Shown here piece by piece: positions 8,797 to 17,049 of a stretch of DNA of 45,781 nt; position 1 is the first letter of the stretch, and every line of letters starts with the position of its first letter. Position numbers and translations under genes: made by a program. Under the pieces are notes generated by a model. It did not search any database. It was not told the DNA's origin and saw nothing but the letters and a program-made list of their open reading frames with translations. This DNA comes from Pirellulales bacterium (lineage in GTDB: Bacteria > Planctomycetota > Planctomycetia > Pirellulales > UBA1268): assembly GCA_044337015.1 (NCBI GenBank), contig JBIIOJ010000002.1, forward strand, positions 1 to 45,781, read 5' to 3'.

Positions 8797-10448
8797 TGGG
8801 TCACCTCATGTTCTATTTCGCCGTCGTGGCGGCCTGCCTGCTCTGGTCGGCCGCGTGCATCGCCGCGGCGGCCCGGACGGACCGCACGTGGCTGCGGCGG
8901 CTCCTCGTGGCGGCAGCCGTGCTCCTGCCGCCGCTATCGCTCCTACCGTGGGTCGGAATGACCGGCATGCTCGCCTTCGGCTGGAAACTCCAGACGAACT
9001 GGTTCGCCCCCACGCTCACGGCATGTGTCGCGGCGATCATCGGGGCTCTTTGGATCCGCACGGCCGGCCTGTCTCGAAAGCCGTCCGGCTTCCTCGTCGC
9101 GGCGGCGTGGCCGGTCGTCGGCCTCTTCGCAATGGCCGTGATGGCCGAGGCCGTGGCGTTCGGCACGCTCCTCTTCATCGACAACGCCGTCGTGGCCGAG
9201 GCGCGGATGCTGCGGGTCGAGGCGGCGCAGATGATGGAGTCGGTCATGCCACCGCAGCCTCTGTCCGACGACGACGCGAAGCCGCTCTACCTTCGGGTGT
9301 TCGCCGCCCTCGAGGCCGACAAGGAACTCACTGCCGAGAACTCGCCGCTCATGGATCCGACCGAGGTCGACGTCGGCACGGCGGAGGTGGCCGCGATCCT
9401 CGCCCGGCACGCCGGCACGCTCGACCTCCTGCGGCGGGCCGCCGACCGGCCCGGCTGCCGGTTCGCCCGCGACTGGTCGCGGCCCTCGATGGACATGCTC
9501 CTGCCCGAACTGACTGCGATGCGGAACGCGGCCCGGCTCCTGGCGGTCGCCGCCCGCCGCGAAGCGGCCGACGGCGATACCACCGCGGCGATCCGTGACA
9601 TCGTGCGGATGCGTCAGATCGCCGACCACGCCGCGTCCGAGCCGATCTTGGTCAGCGGCCTCGTGGGCCAGGCGATCGATTCGATGGCGCTCGACGCGCT
9701 CACCGACGTGCTGCCGCGGCTGGAGAAAAAAGATCTGCCGCTCTTGGACGAAGCCGGGTTTCGCGACTTCGTCGCGACGCCATGTGCGTACGACCGGTTT
9801 CTCCTCGGCGAGGAGGCGTTCGGCCTGGCGACGATCGCGCAGCTCGCCCTGCACCCCGAGGGCTTCACGGGGCTCTCGCAGGAGGGGCTTTACGCTCTCG
9901 AGCCGAAACCGCGATTCCTCGAAGCGGCCCTGGCGTTCTTGTACCGCTCGTTTCTGCTGCCGGCCGAGATCACGGGCTACCGCAGCGTGCTATCCCGGTA
10001 TCGGAACCTTGCCGGTGGGACGGCCGGCGCATCCACGCCGTTTCCGGAAACCAAGAGTGGGGCAGCCGCGATCGAGAAAGACGTGATAGCACGACGTGCG
10101 GGAATGTTCGCGGGCATGATGACACCCGCACTCGAAGGAGTCCTGCGTTCGCAGGCGAATAGCCGGGCCCTGCACCGCGCTGCCGAGATTCTCGTGGCGG
10201 CCACCCGCGAGCGGCTTGCGTCGGGCTCGCTCCCCGAGTCGGCCGAGGCCCTCGTGCCCGACGACTTGTTCGCGGTGCCCCGCGACCCGTTCACTGCCGA
10301 CCAGCCGCTGCAGTCCAAGCGAACCGATGGTGAGTGGCTCATCTACTCCGTCGGCCCCGACGGCGAGGACGACGGCGGGCCGGGGCCGAACAAGATCATC
10401 GGGGGCGGCGAGGGCAACGACGACGTCGGCCTGCGGCTCGCGCTTTGA
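8796..10448 (+). CDS. Hypothetical multi-pass membrane protein with a pseudopilin-like C-terminal motif
   Basis: In-frame ATG at 8796 overlaps the previous stop (TGATG). The N-terminus has several hydrophobic helices. The C-terminus WLIYSVGPDGEDDGGPG resembles the GspG-type pseudopilin tail motif. The long ORF 8406..10448 upstream of 8796 is read-through of the neighbouring gene. Confidence 0.6.
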   Translation: MGHLMFYFAVVAACLLWSAACIAAAARTDRTWLRRLLVAAAVLLPPLSLLPWVGMTGMLAFGWKLQTNWFAPTLTACVAAIIGALWIRTAGLSRKPSGFLVAAAWPVVGLFAMAVMAEAVAFGTLLFIDNAVVAEARMLRVEAAQMMESVMPPQPLSDDDAKPLYLRVFAALEADKELTAENSPLMDPTEVDVGTAEVAAILARHAGTLDLLRRAADRPGCRFARDWSRPSMDMLLPELTAMRNAARLLAVAARREAADGDTTAAIRDIVRMRQIADHAASEPILVSGLVGQAIDSMALDALTDVLPRLEKKDLPLLDEAGFRDFVATPCAYDRFLLGEEAFGLATIAQLALHPEGFTGLSQEGLYALEPKPRFLEAALAFLYRSFLLPAEITGYRSVLSRYRNLAGGTAGASTPFPETKSGAAAIEKDVIARRAGMFAGMMTPALEGVLRSQANSRALHRAAEILVAATRERLASGSLPESAEALVPDDLFAVPRDPFTADQPLQSKRTDGEWLIYSVGPDGEDDGGPGPNKIIGGGEGNDDVGLRLAL

Positions 10449-10455
10449 CTTGCGA

Positions 10456-11640
10456 TCAGTCGTCGTCCGACCCGGCCAGCTCGGGAACACCCGCCTCGAA
10501 CGACGCGGCGGTGACGAACACGGCCTCGGCGGCTGTCGGATGGGCCTCCTGAAACTCGTCCACCGCCCGCCGCGCCCGTTCCGTCGTCTCGTCCCAGCTC
10601 ACCTGCACGGGGATCGGCCCGCGAGGCCCCTCGACGACGAAATCGACCTCTCCCCGCCCCCGCCAGTAGAAGACGCGGCCGAACCGCCGCCGCAACAAGA
10701 GGAACGTCGCGCACTCGAGCTGCTTGCCCCGATCGCGGCCCGTCGCCGTCACGGCCACGCGACGCAGGCCCGTATCGACCGGATAGAACTTCCGATTTCT
10801 CGCCAGCCGCTTGCGGGACGACCAGGCGAAGAAGGGGCAGGCCATCGCAAGGTACGCGCTCTCGGCAGCCTCGAGGTAGAGGCCGGCAGTATCGACGGAA
10901 ATCCCGAGGGCGGCAGCGGCCCGTCGAACGCTCGTCTCGGCGCCGGCAGCCTCGTAGAGCATCTGCACGAGTTGCCGCAGCGGCAGGCTCGAACGTGCCG
11001 CCACCCGGTCGCGCATGTCACGTTCGACGATGTCCTGAAAGTATCCCCGCAGGAGCATGTCGCGGTCGGGCGATTTCACGACCGCGGGAAAGCCTCCGCA
11101 GTCGAGGTAGTCGCCGAGCGTCGCGGCCGGCCTGGCCAGCCGGAATTCGTCGAGGTCGAACGGGAAGACCTCCACTGTATGATGACGGCCGGTGAGCGAT
11201 GACCCAAGCTCGCCCGACAAGAGGTGCGCGTTGGAACCGGTGACGACGAACCGCCTGCCGCGGGGCCGGTCCAGCTGCGACCGCAGCCACCGCTGCCATC
11301 CATCCACCCACTGGATCTCGTCGAGCATGTAGGTGCAGCCGGGGCCGCGGTCGGCCTCGAACGCCTCGACCATCATGTCGAGCGTGGTGTGGTCGAGCGC
11401 GCTTGCCAGCCGGGGATCCTCGAAGTTGACGAAGAGGCACCGCTCGCGATCGAGCTTGTAGCGGTCGATCAGCTGCCGCAGGAGCGTCGATTTCCCCGAC
11501 CGCCGAACCCCCTGCACGACGAGGGCTAGATCCGGACGGAACTCGATCGGCAGCCGAACCAGCCGCGGCACGGACCGCCCGGGCGGGGCATCCCAATGGC
11601 TCCAATCGGCGGCGATCCGTAAAAACGCGGCGAAATCCAT
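10456..11640 (-). CDS. AAA family ATPase (AAA_14 plus DUF4143 type, COG1373-like)
   Basis: ORF 10456..11640 (394 aa). It has Walker A GVRRSGKST and Walker B YMLDEIQ. The C-terminal part is typical of DUF4143 proteins. Confidence 0.8.
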   Translation of the reverse strand: MDFAAFLRIAADWSHWDAPPGRSVPRLVRLPIEFRPDLALVVQGVRRSGKSTLLRQLIDRYKLDRERCLFVNFEDPRLASALDHTTLDMMVEAFEADRGPGCTYMLDEIQWVDGWQRWLRSQLDRPRGRRFVVTGSNAHLLSGELGSSLTGRHHTVEVFPFDLDEFRLARPAATLGDYLDCGGFPAVVKSPDRDMLLRGYFQDIVERDMRDRVAARSSLPLRQLVQMLYEAAGAETSVRRAAAALGISVDTAGLYLEAAESAYLAMACPFFAWSSRKRLARNRKFYPVDTGLRRVAVTATGRDRGKQLECATFLLLRRRFGRVFYWRGRGEVDFVVEGPRGPIPVQVSWDETTERARRAVDEFQEAHPTAAEAVFVTAASFEAGVPELAGSDDD

Positions 11641-11643
11641 GGT

Positions 11644-11687
11644 GTCGAGTTTACTCGACAGCTGTGATACCGTCGAGTTTTCTCGAC
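11644..11687. promoter_or_regulatory. Twin 16-bp palindromes directly upstream of the ATPase start codon
   Basis: GTCGAGTTTACTCGAC (11644-11659) and GTCGAGTTTTCTCGAC (11672-11687), with centres 28 bp apart. The nearer one ends 3 nt from the ATG at 11640. Confidence 0.4.
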
Positions 11688-11739
11688 ATGAGGGACGGCC
11701 CGTGCCGAACAGAACCGCTGCCGTCCCGAATTTTTCGTG

Positions 11740-12915
11740 TCAGCTCACGGCGACGTGAGCCACGGGCTGCGGCTCCGCGCGGGCCGCGGGAGGCGGCGGC
11801 ACGCTACCGAAGTTGTGCTCGATCGCGAAGCGGGCCATCTTCATGAGAATGGTCTCGTCGAGCTCCGGGCAGGGGAGATGCGGCATGATCGCGTCAGTGT
11901 TGGTGCGGTCGAAGAGCGGGTCGTTCCGCAGGTAGCCGCGATAGATGTCGAGTTCGGCGCCGAGCATCTCGTTGAACCAGAGGCCGTCGCGCAGGTCGGG
12001 GTCGTCGGGCCGCGCGGCCTGCGAAAACGATTCGATCGCCTTCTGAACGACGCGGCCGACGATGTCGACCGGCACGGGCCATGGGTTCGTGAGGTGGTAG
12101 GTGCGGCCCCGGGCGGCCGGCGTGCTCACGGCATGGACGATCGCCGACGACACCCAGTCCACGGGCACGAAGTTCTTGCCGGCGGCGGGATCGACGCCGA
12201 GCATCGCGAGGAAAGCCGGTCCGCTCGTCGAGCCGATCAACACCCGCGTAAGCAGCATGTGGCCGAGCCGCAGGGCCGCGTAGAAGCCGTGGTAGGTCGA
12301 GGTGAATCCGGTGCAAGAGTCGCCCACGATGATCGACGGCCGGAGGATCGTGGCGGTGTCGAGGTGATCGGCGGCCCGCACCATCTGCTCCGCCTCGACC
12401 TTGCTCCGCTCGTAATCGTTGCTGAATTCCTGTCCCTCGTCGCCCTCGTCCTCCCGCACGGTGCCGGAACGCAGGCCGCATACGTAGGCTGTGGACACGT
12501 GGTGGAAATGGCGCAAGCCTGCCGCGGCGGCGACCGCCAGCGTCTCCCGGGTGCCCCCCACGTTCGACCGCCACGGCTCGCCGTTGCGGTCGGCTCCGCG
12601 AAACGTGAGGCTCGCGGCGTTGTGAAGCACCTCGTCGCAATGGTCGCCGAGCCAATCGATCGCCCGCGCGTCGAGGCCGCACAGCGGCTGGGAGAGATCC
12701 CCCTCCAGCACAGTCGGCCGTGGTAGCGGGCGGCCCAACTCCGCCTCCCAGCCCCGCAGCATCCCCTCGACCCGCTCCGCCGCGGGTCGCTTCCGATCGC
12801 GGCGGACGAGCACCGCGAGCCGACGCCCTTCGAGGAGCAGGTCGCGGACCATGTAGGAGCCAAGCAGACCGGTCGCACCGGTGAAAAACAGGGTTCGAGG
12901 AGGAAGTGTGATCAA
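11740..12915 (-). CDS. SDR-type thioester/fatty acyl reductase (NAD_binding_4-like)
   Basis: ORF 11740..12987. I place the start at TTG 12915, which has GGAG 7 nt upstream. It has the Rossmann motif FFTGATGLLGS, HVSTAYV and the catalytic YERSK (YxxxK). Confidence 0.8.
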   Translation of the reverse strand: MITLPPRTLFFTGATGLLGSYMVRDLLLEGRRLAVLVRRDRKRPAAERVEGMLRGWEAELGRPLPRPTVLEGDLSQPLCGLDARAIDWLGDHCDEVLHNAASLTFRGADRNGEPWRSNVGGTRETLAVAAAAGLRHFHHVSTAYVCGLRSGTVREDEGDEGQEFSNDYERSKVEAEQMVRAADHLDTATILRPSIIVGDSCTGFTSTYHGFYAALRLGHMLLTRVLIGSTSGPAFLAMLGVDPAAGKNFVPVDWVSSAIVHAVSTPAARGRTYHLTNPWPVPVDIVGRVVQKAIESFSQAARPDDPDLRDGLWFNEMLGAELDIYRGYLRNDPLFDRTNTDAIMPHLPCPELDETILMKMARFAIEHNFGSVPPPPAARAEPQPVAHVAVS

Positions 12916-13008
12916 GATGGACTCCGATTCCGATTGTTCCCGCAACCTGCGGCGACCGCGGTTATAAGAGTTGCGGTGGTGCCTCACAAGCGGCCCGGGG
13001 CTCCGCCT

Positions 13009-14388
13009 TCAGGGGTGTTCCTCCGCCCAAGAGCGCCATGCCGCCACGTAGTCGGCGAGCACGCCGGCGGCCGCCGGCGGGGAGATCGTGTCGGTGTCGT
13101 AGCGGAACGTGACGGTGACGCGGTTCGCGTACTCGAAAAGGCCGAATCCCCAGTGCGTGCAGGGACGCAGCGGCGGCGTGCACAGCTGCATGTCGTAGCA
13201 GCGGGCGCGGTCGAGCCAGATGCAGCCCTCGTCATCCACCGGCAGCCGTTTGCGCAGCCGGCGGGAGGGATCGCTCAGGTTCGTGAGCACGGCCGTAGCG
13301 AAGCAGCGCCGCCAGTGGAGCCCGCGGCGCATGAGCCGCGGCCAGCGGGCGAACGTGTGGAGCATGGAGAGCATGTCGGAGCCCGCTGCGGCCTGTCGCG
13401 GCAGCCGCAACTGGCGGCGGGCGTCGGCCAGCAGGGTCGGCCAGTCGGTGCCGACACCGACGTGGCGGTTGACGAACAGGTAGGTGTAGCGGTTGGCCGC
13501 CGGCATCCGCTCGTGCTCGCGACCGCGCAGGTCGACCGGCACGGTGATCCGCATGCGGGTTCCGGGCTTCACGCCCTGGTTGCGCTGCCAGCTGTCGAGC
13601 ACGGTGAAGAGCAACGCCACGGCCACGTCGTTGAAGCTCGCCTCGCCCAGCCGGCGCGGATCCTGGAAGTACTGGACGGTCTCGCGGTCGAACGTGTGCA
13701 TGCAGAATCCGATGCGGCTGCCCGGAGCCGCGTCGACGGCCGACCCGGCAGCGAGGCCCGCCTCGGGCACGGTCGGCAACGGCCGCGTGCGGAACATGTG
13801 GAGGAGATGACGCAGCCCCCGCCACACCGACGGCTCGCATGCATGGACACCGCGGCAGTCAAGCTGTGCAGCGTCGAGCTTCATGAAGGCGTCTTCGGTC
13901 GCCACGCCGCGGAGCACGGCATAGGCGAGGGCGAGATCCTGGATGAACATCCGCGCCCCCTGCCCATCGCAGCAGGCGTGGTGGAAGACGAGCGTCACGT
14001 CGCTGCCGGTCGCGGTCTCGCGGATGCGGCCCCGCAGGCCGGATCCTTCGGCCAGGTCGATCCAGCCGGGGCCAGGCTCGGGGGGCGACTCGCGTGGTAC
14101 GACCTCGAGCTCGTTCCACCCCGACACTGGCGCGAGCCAGTGGACGCCGCGACGGTCGTCGACGATCGATGCCCGCAGGAGCGGATGCCGCCCGAGCGCG
14201 AACCGAAACGCGTCGCGCATCACCGTCGCGTCCACCGGGCCCTCGAACCGGAGAACGACCTGAAAGACCAGCGGATATCGCGGCCGGTCGTCGAGCCACA
14301 TGAAGAGTTCAAAGGGCGTGAGCGACCAGGTGCGTTCGGCGGAGGCCCACGGGGCGTGGGCGGCCAGCAGCGTGTCGATCGACGGCAT
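13009..14388 (-). CDS. Stand-alone condensation-domain / HHxxxDG acyltransferase
   Basis: ORF 13009..14388 (459 aa) has the catalytic motif HHACCDGQG in the expected position (about residue 150). Its size matches NRPS C-domains, PapA5 and WS/DGAT-type acyltransferases. Confidence 0.75.
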   Translation of the reverse strand: MPSIDTLLAAHAPWASAERTWSLTPFELFMWLDDRPRYPLVFQVVLRFEGPVDATVMRDAFRFALGRHPLLRASIVDDRRGVHWLAPVSGWNELEVVPRESPPEPGPGWIDLAEGSGLRGRIRETATGSDVTLVFHHACCDGQGARMFIQDLALAYAVLRGVATEDAFMKLDAAQLDCRGVHACEPSVWRGLRHLLHMFRTRPLPTVPEAGLAAGSAVDAAPGSRIGFCMHTFDRETVQYFQDPRRLGEASFNDVAVALLFTVLDSWQRNQGVKPGTRMRITVPVDLRGREHERMPAANRYTYLFVNRHVGVGTDWPTLLADARRQLRLPRQAAAGSDMLSMLHTFARWPRLMRRGLHWRRCFATAVLTNLSDPSRRLRKRLPVDDEGCIWLDRARCYDMQLCTPPLRPCTHWGFGLFEYANRVTVTFRYDTDTISPPAAAGVLADYVAAWRSWAEEHP

Positions 14389-14446
14389 CGTCAGAACCTC
14401 CCGGGCCTCGGAGACGGATCACGGAGAGCCGTTCGAGGGTGAAGCC

Positions 14447-15568
14447 TCACCTCACCGGCAGGTCGAAGTCGCCCGTGCGGTCCCGCCAGACACAGTGGAT
14501 GTGGTTGGCGGGATTCCCCTCGGCGTCGGGCTGCACGTTCACGAACTCGATCGAGAAGGTCGGCCCCTCGACCCGGTAGCCATGCCCCACGCCGGGCACG
14601 AGGCTTCCCGCCCAGGCGAAGTGGACGTCGTCCCAGCCATGATGCACTGACTCACTGTGTACCGACTCGCCCCGCCCCGCGACCGAACCACCGGCCGACT
14701 CGATGAGCCGCAGCCGGTCTGCCGCGACCTCGTCGGGCATCGCCGCGCAGTAGGTCTCCACGAGCCGCCGCAGGAGCGACTGCTGCTTCGCCGAAAGCTC
14801 CCGGAAAGGAATCCCGGCCGGCGGCTCCTCCGGTGGCTGCGCCGCTCCCGCCTCGCGGATCTCCTTCGGCGGTTCCTTCGCGATCACGGCCTTCGCCCGC
14901 TGCGGTTCGTCGAGCGAGGAGAGAAGCTCGAGGGCGAGAACTTCCTCATCGCGGAGCACGCGGTCGCCAGCGGCGGGCAGGCCGTCGAAGGTGGTCTTCA
15001 CCTCCGCGGGGTTCGCCCCCATGAACTGCGGCGTTGAATCGACGAGCACGCCGTCACGGACGGTGAAGTTGAGCGAGAGATGATGCCCCTCCACCGACAG
15101 GCCCCAGGAACCCTCGTCGGCGGGCGTGCCGAAGATCGTCAGGAAATACCGCTTCGGGTCGCGGATGTTCTTGGCTTTGTCGCCTTCCAGCCGGCGCAGA
15201 ATCTCGTCAAGCTTCATGATCGTGATCGACTTGTCGTAGCCCGCCTGCGAGAGGGACGACCGCACGAGCGCGAGCGCCGCCTCCTCCTGCCGGTCGTTCA
15301 TGTCGCGGAGCTGCAACCCCTTGCGGTCGTTCTTCGGCACGAAGTGCCAGTCGGTCCGGGAGGGACTCGCGAACGGCCGCACGGCCTTTGACTTCTGGTC
15401 GGCATCGAGCGTCGAGAGCCAGTCGATCGCAGCGGATGCCATCGACTCGGCCGCGGCGGGGCGGCGAAGCGCCCCCAAAAGCCTGGGCGCGGCTGCGGCG
15501 ACCACGAGGAGCATGGCCGCGGCGGCACATGCGGCAGTGGGGCGAAGGGGGAGCGTCGCTGTCATCAT
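14447..15568 (-). CDS. DUF3500 domain protein, secreted
   Basis: ORF 14447..15694. The start at ATG 15568 (MMTATLPLRP, signal-like AAAAMLLVVAAAAP) overlaps the upstream stop (ATGA). WHFVPKNDRKGL and SVEGHHLSLNF motifs match my recollection of DUF3500. Confidence 0.75.
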   Translation of the reverse strand: MMTATLPLRPTAACAAAAMLLVVAAAAPRLLGALRRPAAAESMASAAIDWLSTLDADQKSKAVRPFASPSRTDWHFVPKNDRKGLQLRDMNDRQEEAALALVRSSLSQAGYDKSITIMKLDEILRRLEGDKAKNIRDPKRYFLTIFGTPADEGSWGLSVEGHHLSLNFTVRDGVLVDSTPQFMGANPAEVKTTFDGLPAAGDRVLRDEEVLALELLSSLDEPQRAKAVIAKEPPKEIREAGAAQPPEEPPAGIPFRELSAKQQSLLRRLVETYCAAMPDEVAADRLRLIESAGGSVAGRGESVHSESVHHGWDDVHFAWAGSLVPGVGHGYRVEGPTFSIEFVNVQPDAEGNPANHIHCVWRDRTGDFDLPVR

Positions 15569-16305
15569 CGTTTCTCTGGCGTGGAGGTGGAGTTCCCCGC
15601 GGGTCGGTCGTGATTTCGGCCGGGGTCGCGATCGTGGTGGGCCTGATCCACGTGGACGTGCACGTCCGGATGTCTTTGAAAATACCTGCTCCACGCCTCG
15701 TCCGACACCCCGGCCCCGTCGAGATAGAGCGTTTGCAATCCCGGCAAGGCCGCGATCGCGTCGAGCCCCTCGTCGCCGATCACCACGTCGATAAGGTGCA
15801 GCGATTCAAGGGCCGCGAGCTCTGCCACCGCCTCCCCGACCTCGCGGCCGGCGAGATTCGGGCCCCCGAGCCGAAGCGAGCGGAGCTTGGGAACGGCCCG
15901 TAGCAGCCTCAATCCCGCGGCCGTGCAGGCAGCCTGCGGCACGTTCAGGTGCGTGAGCTGCCGGCAGCGGGTGATCTCCTGAAGCCCGGCGTCGGAAAGC
16001 GGTGACTCCCGAAGCACGAGCCGCTCGATGTCGGGGAGTGTGGCGAGAATCTCCGCCTTCGCGTCATCGGCGACGCCGCGGCGCAAAACGAGCTCCCGCA
16101 GGTCTGCGAGGCCGCGGAGCGATTCCCACTCGTCGTCGGCGAGGGGTGAGTCGGCCACGATCCGCGAGGACTGCCCGTCGCGGACGGCTGCATGCTGCTT
16201 GTCGAACGGCCGACCGGACTCTTTCGGAAGCCTCACCGCCGGCCCGCCGCATCCGGCGAGCACTGCGACCGACACGATCAACGCCATCCGCTTCTCCACC
16301 ATCAT
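15565..16305 (-). CDS. Leucine-rich repeat lipoprotein
   Basis: It has the lipobox VAVLAGCGG. About 24-aa LRR-like units repeat (LRELVLRRGV, IERLVLRESPLSDAGL, LTHLNVPQA, LRSLRLGGPNL, LESLHLIDVVIGDEGL, LQTLYLDGAGVSD). Confidence 0.7.
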   Translation of the reverse strand: MMVEKRMALIVSVAVLAGCGGPAVRLPKESGRPFDKQHAAVRDGQSSRIVADSPLADDEWESLRGLADLRELVLRRGVADDAKAEILATLPDIERLVLRESPLSDAGLQEITRCRQLTHLNVPQAACTAAGLRLLRAVPKLRSLRLGGPNLAGREVGEAVAELAALESLHLIDVVIGDEGLDAIAALPGLQTLYLDGAGVSDEAWSRYFQRHPDVHVHVDQAHHDRDPGRNHDRPAGNSTSTPEKR

Positions 16306-16425
16306 CCCCTCATGCCCATGACTACACTTCGTGGCACAGCTTCAGCTCGCGACTCCTCCCGGGAGTATGATGCCGGCACGCGGCACCGCGGAAGCCGCGG
16401 ACGGAATTCATGGACAACCGCTCTC

Positions 16426-17049
16426 GTGGAAGAGTTCGCCTCGAAGCTGCCCGACGGAACCACCTCGCGGGTGAGATCGCTGCTTCGCGCCCACCGCGTC
16501 GTCGTGCGACTGAGCCCGCCACGGCGGACGAAGCTCGGCGACCACCGCCCGCCGGCCCGCGGCGTGCCACACCACCGCATCACGGTCAACGAGGATCTCA
16601 ACCCCTACGCCTTCCTCATGACGCTTCTCCACGAGATCGCCCACATGACGACCTGGGAGCTCCTGCGGCCGCGGTCCCGCCGGCACCGGCCGCACGGCCG
16701 CGAATGGAAGGGCGAGTTCGCGCGGCTCCTCGACCCGTTCGTCACGGCGGCAATCCTGCCGGAAGATCTCCAGGATGCGGTCGCCCGCTCGATGCAAAAC
16801 CCCACCGCCGCCAGCTGCACCGACCGTGATCTCGTGATCGCACTTTCGAAGTACGACCCGCCCGACCGATTGCGGCTGCGGCTCGAGCAGCTGCCCCCGG
16901 GCAGCATCTTCCGGGTCGATAACGGCCAGGTCTTCCGCCTCGGGGCCCGGCTCCGCAGCCGCTACCAGTGCTTCACGCAGCCCGGCAACCGCGAGTACCG
17001 CGTCCACTCCCTCGCCCGTGTCGAGCCGATTCAAGCCAGGATCTCGTGA
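16426..17049 (+). CDS. SprT-like zinc metalloprotease domain protein
   Basis: In ORF 16192..17049 the first in-frame plausible start is GTG 16426. It has the HExxH motif LLHEIAHMTTWE followed by HGREWK, typical of the SprT family. Confidence 0.65.
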   Translation: MEEFASKLPDGTTSRVRSLLRAHRVVVRLSPPRRTKLGDHRPPARGVPHHRITVNEDLNPYAFLMTLLHEIAHMTTWELLRPRSRRHRPHGREWKGEFARLLDPFVTAAILPEDLQDAVARSMQNPTAASCTDRDLVIALSKYDPPDRLRLRLEQLPPGSIFRVDNGQVFRLGARLRSRYQCFTQPGNREYRVHSLARVEPIQARIS

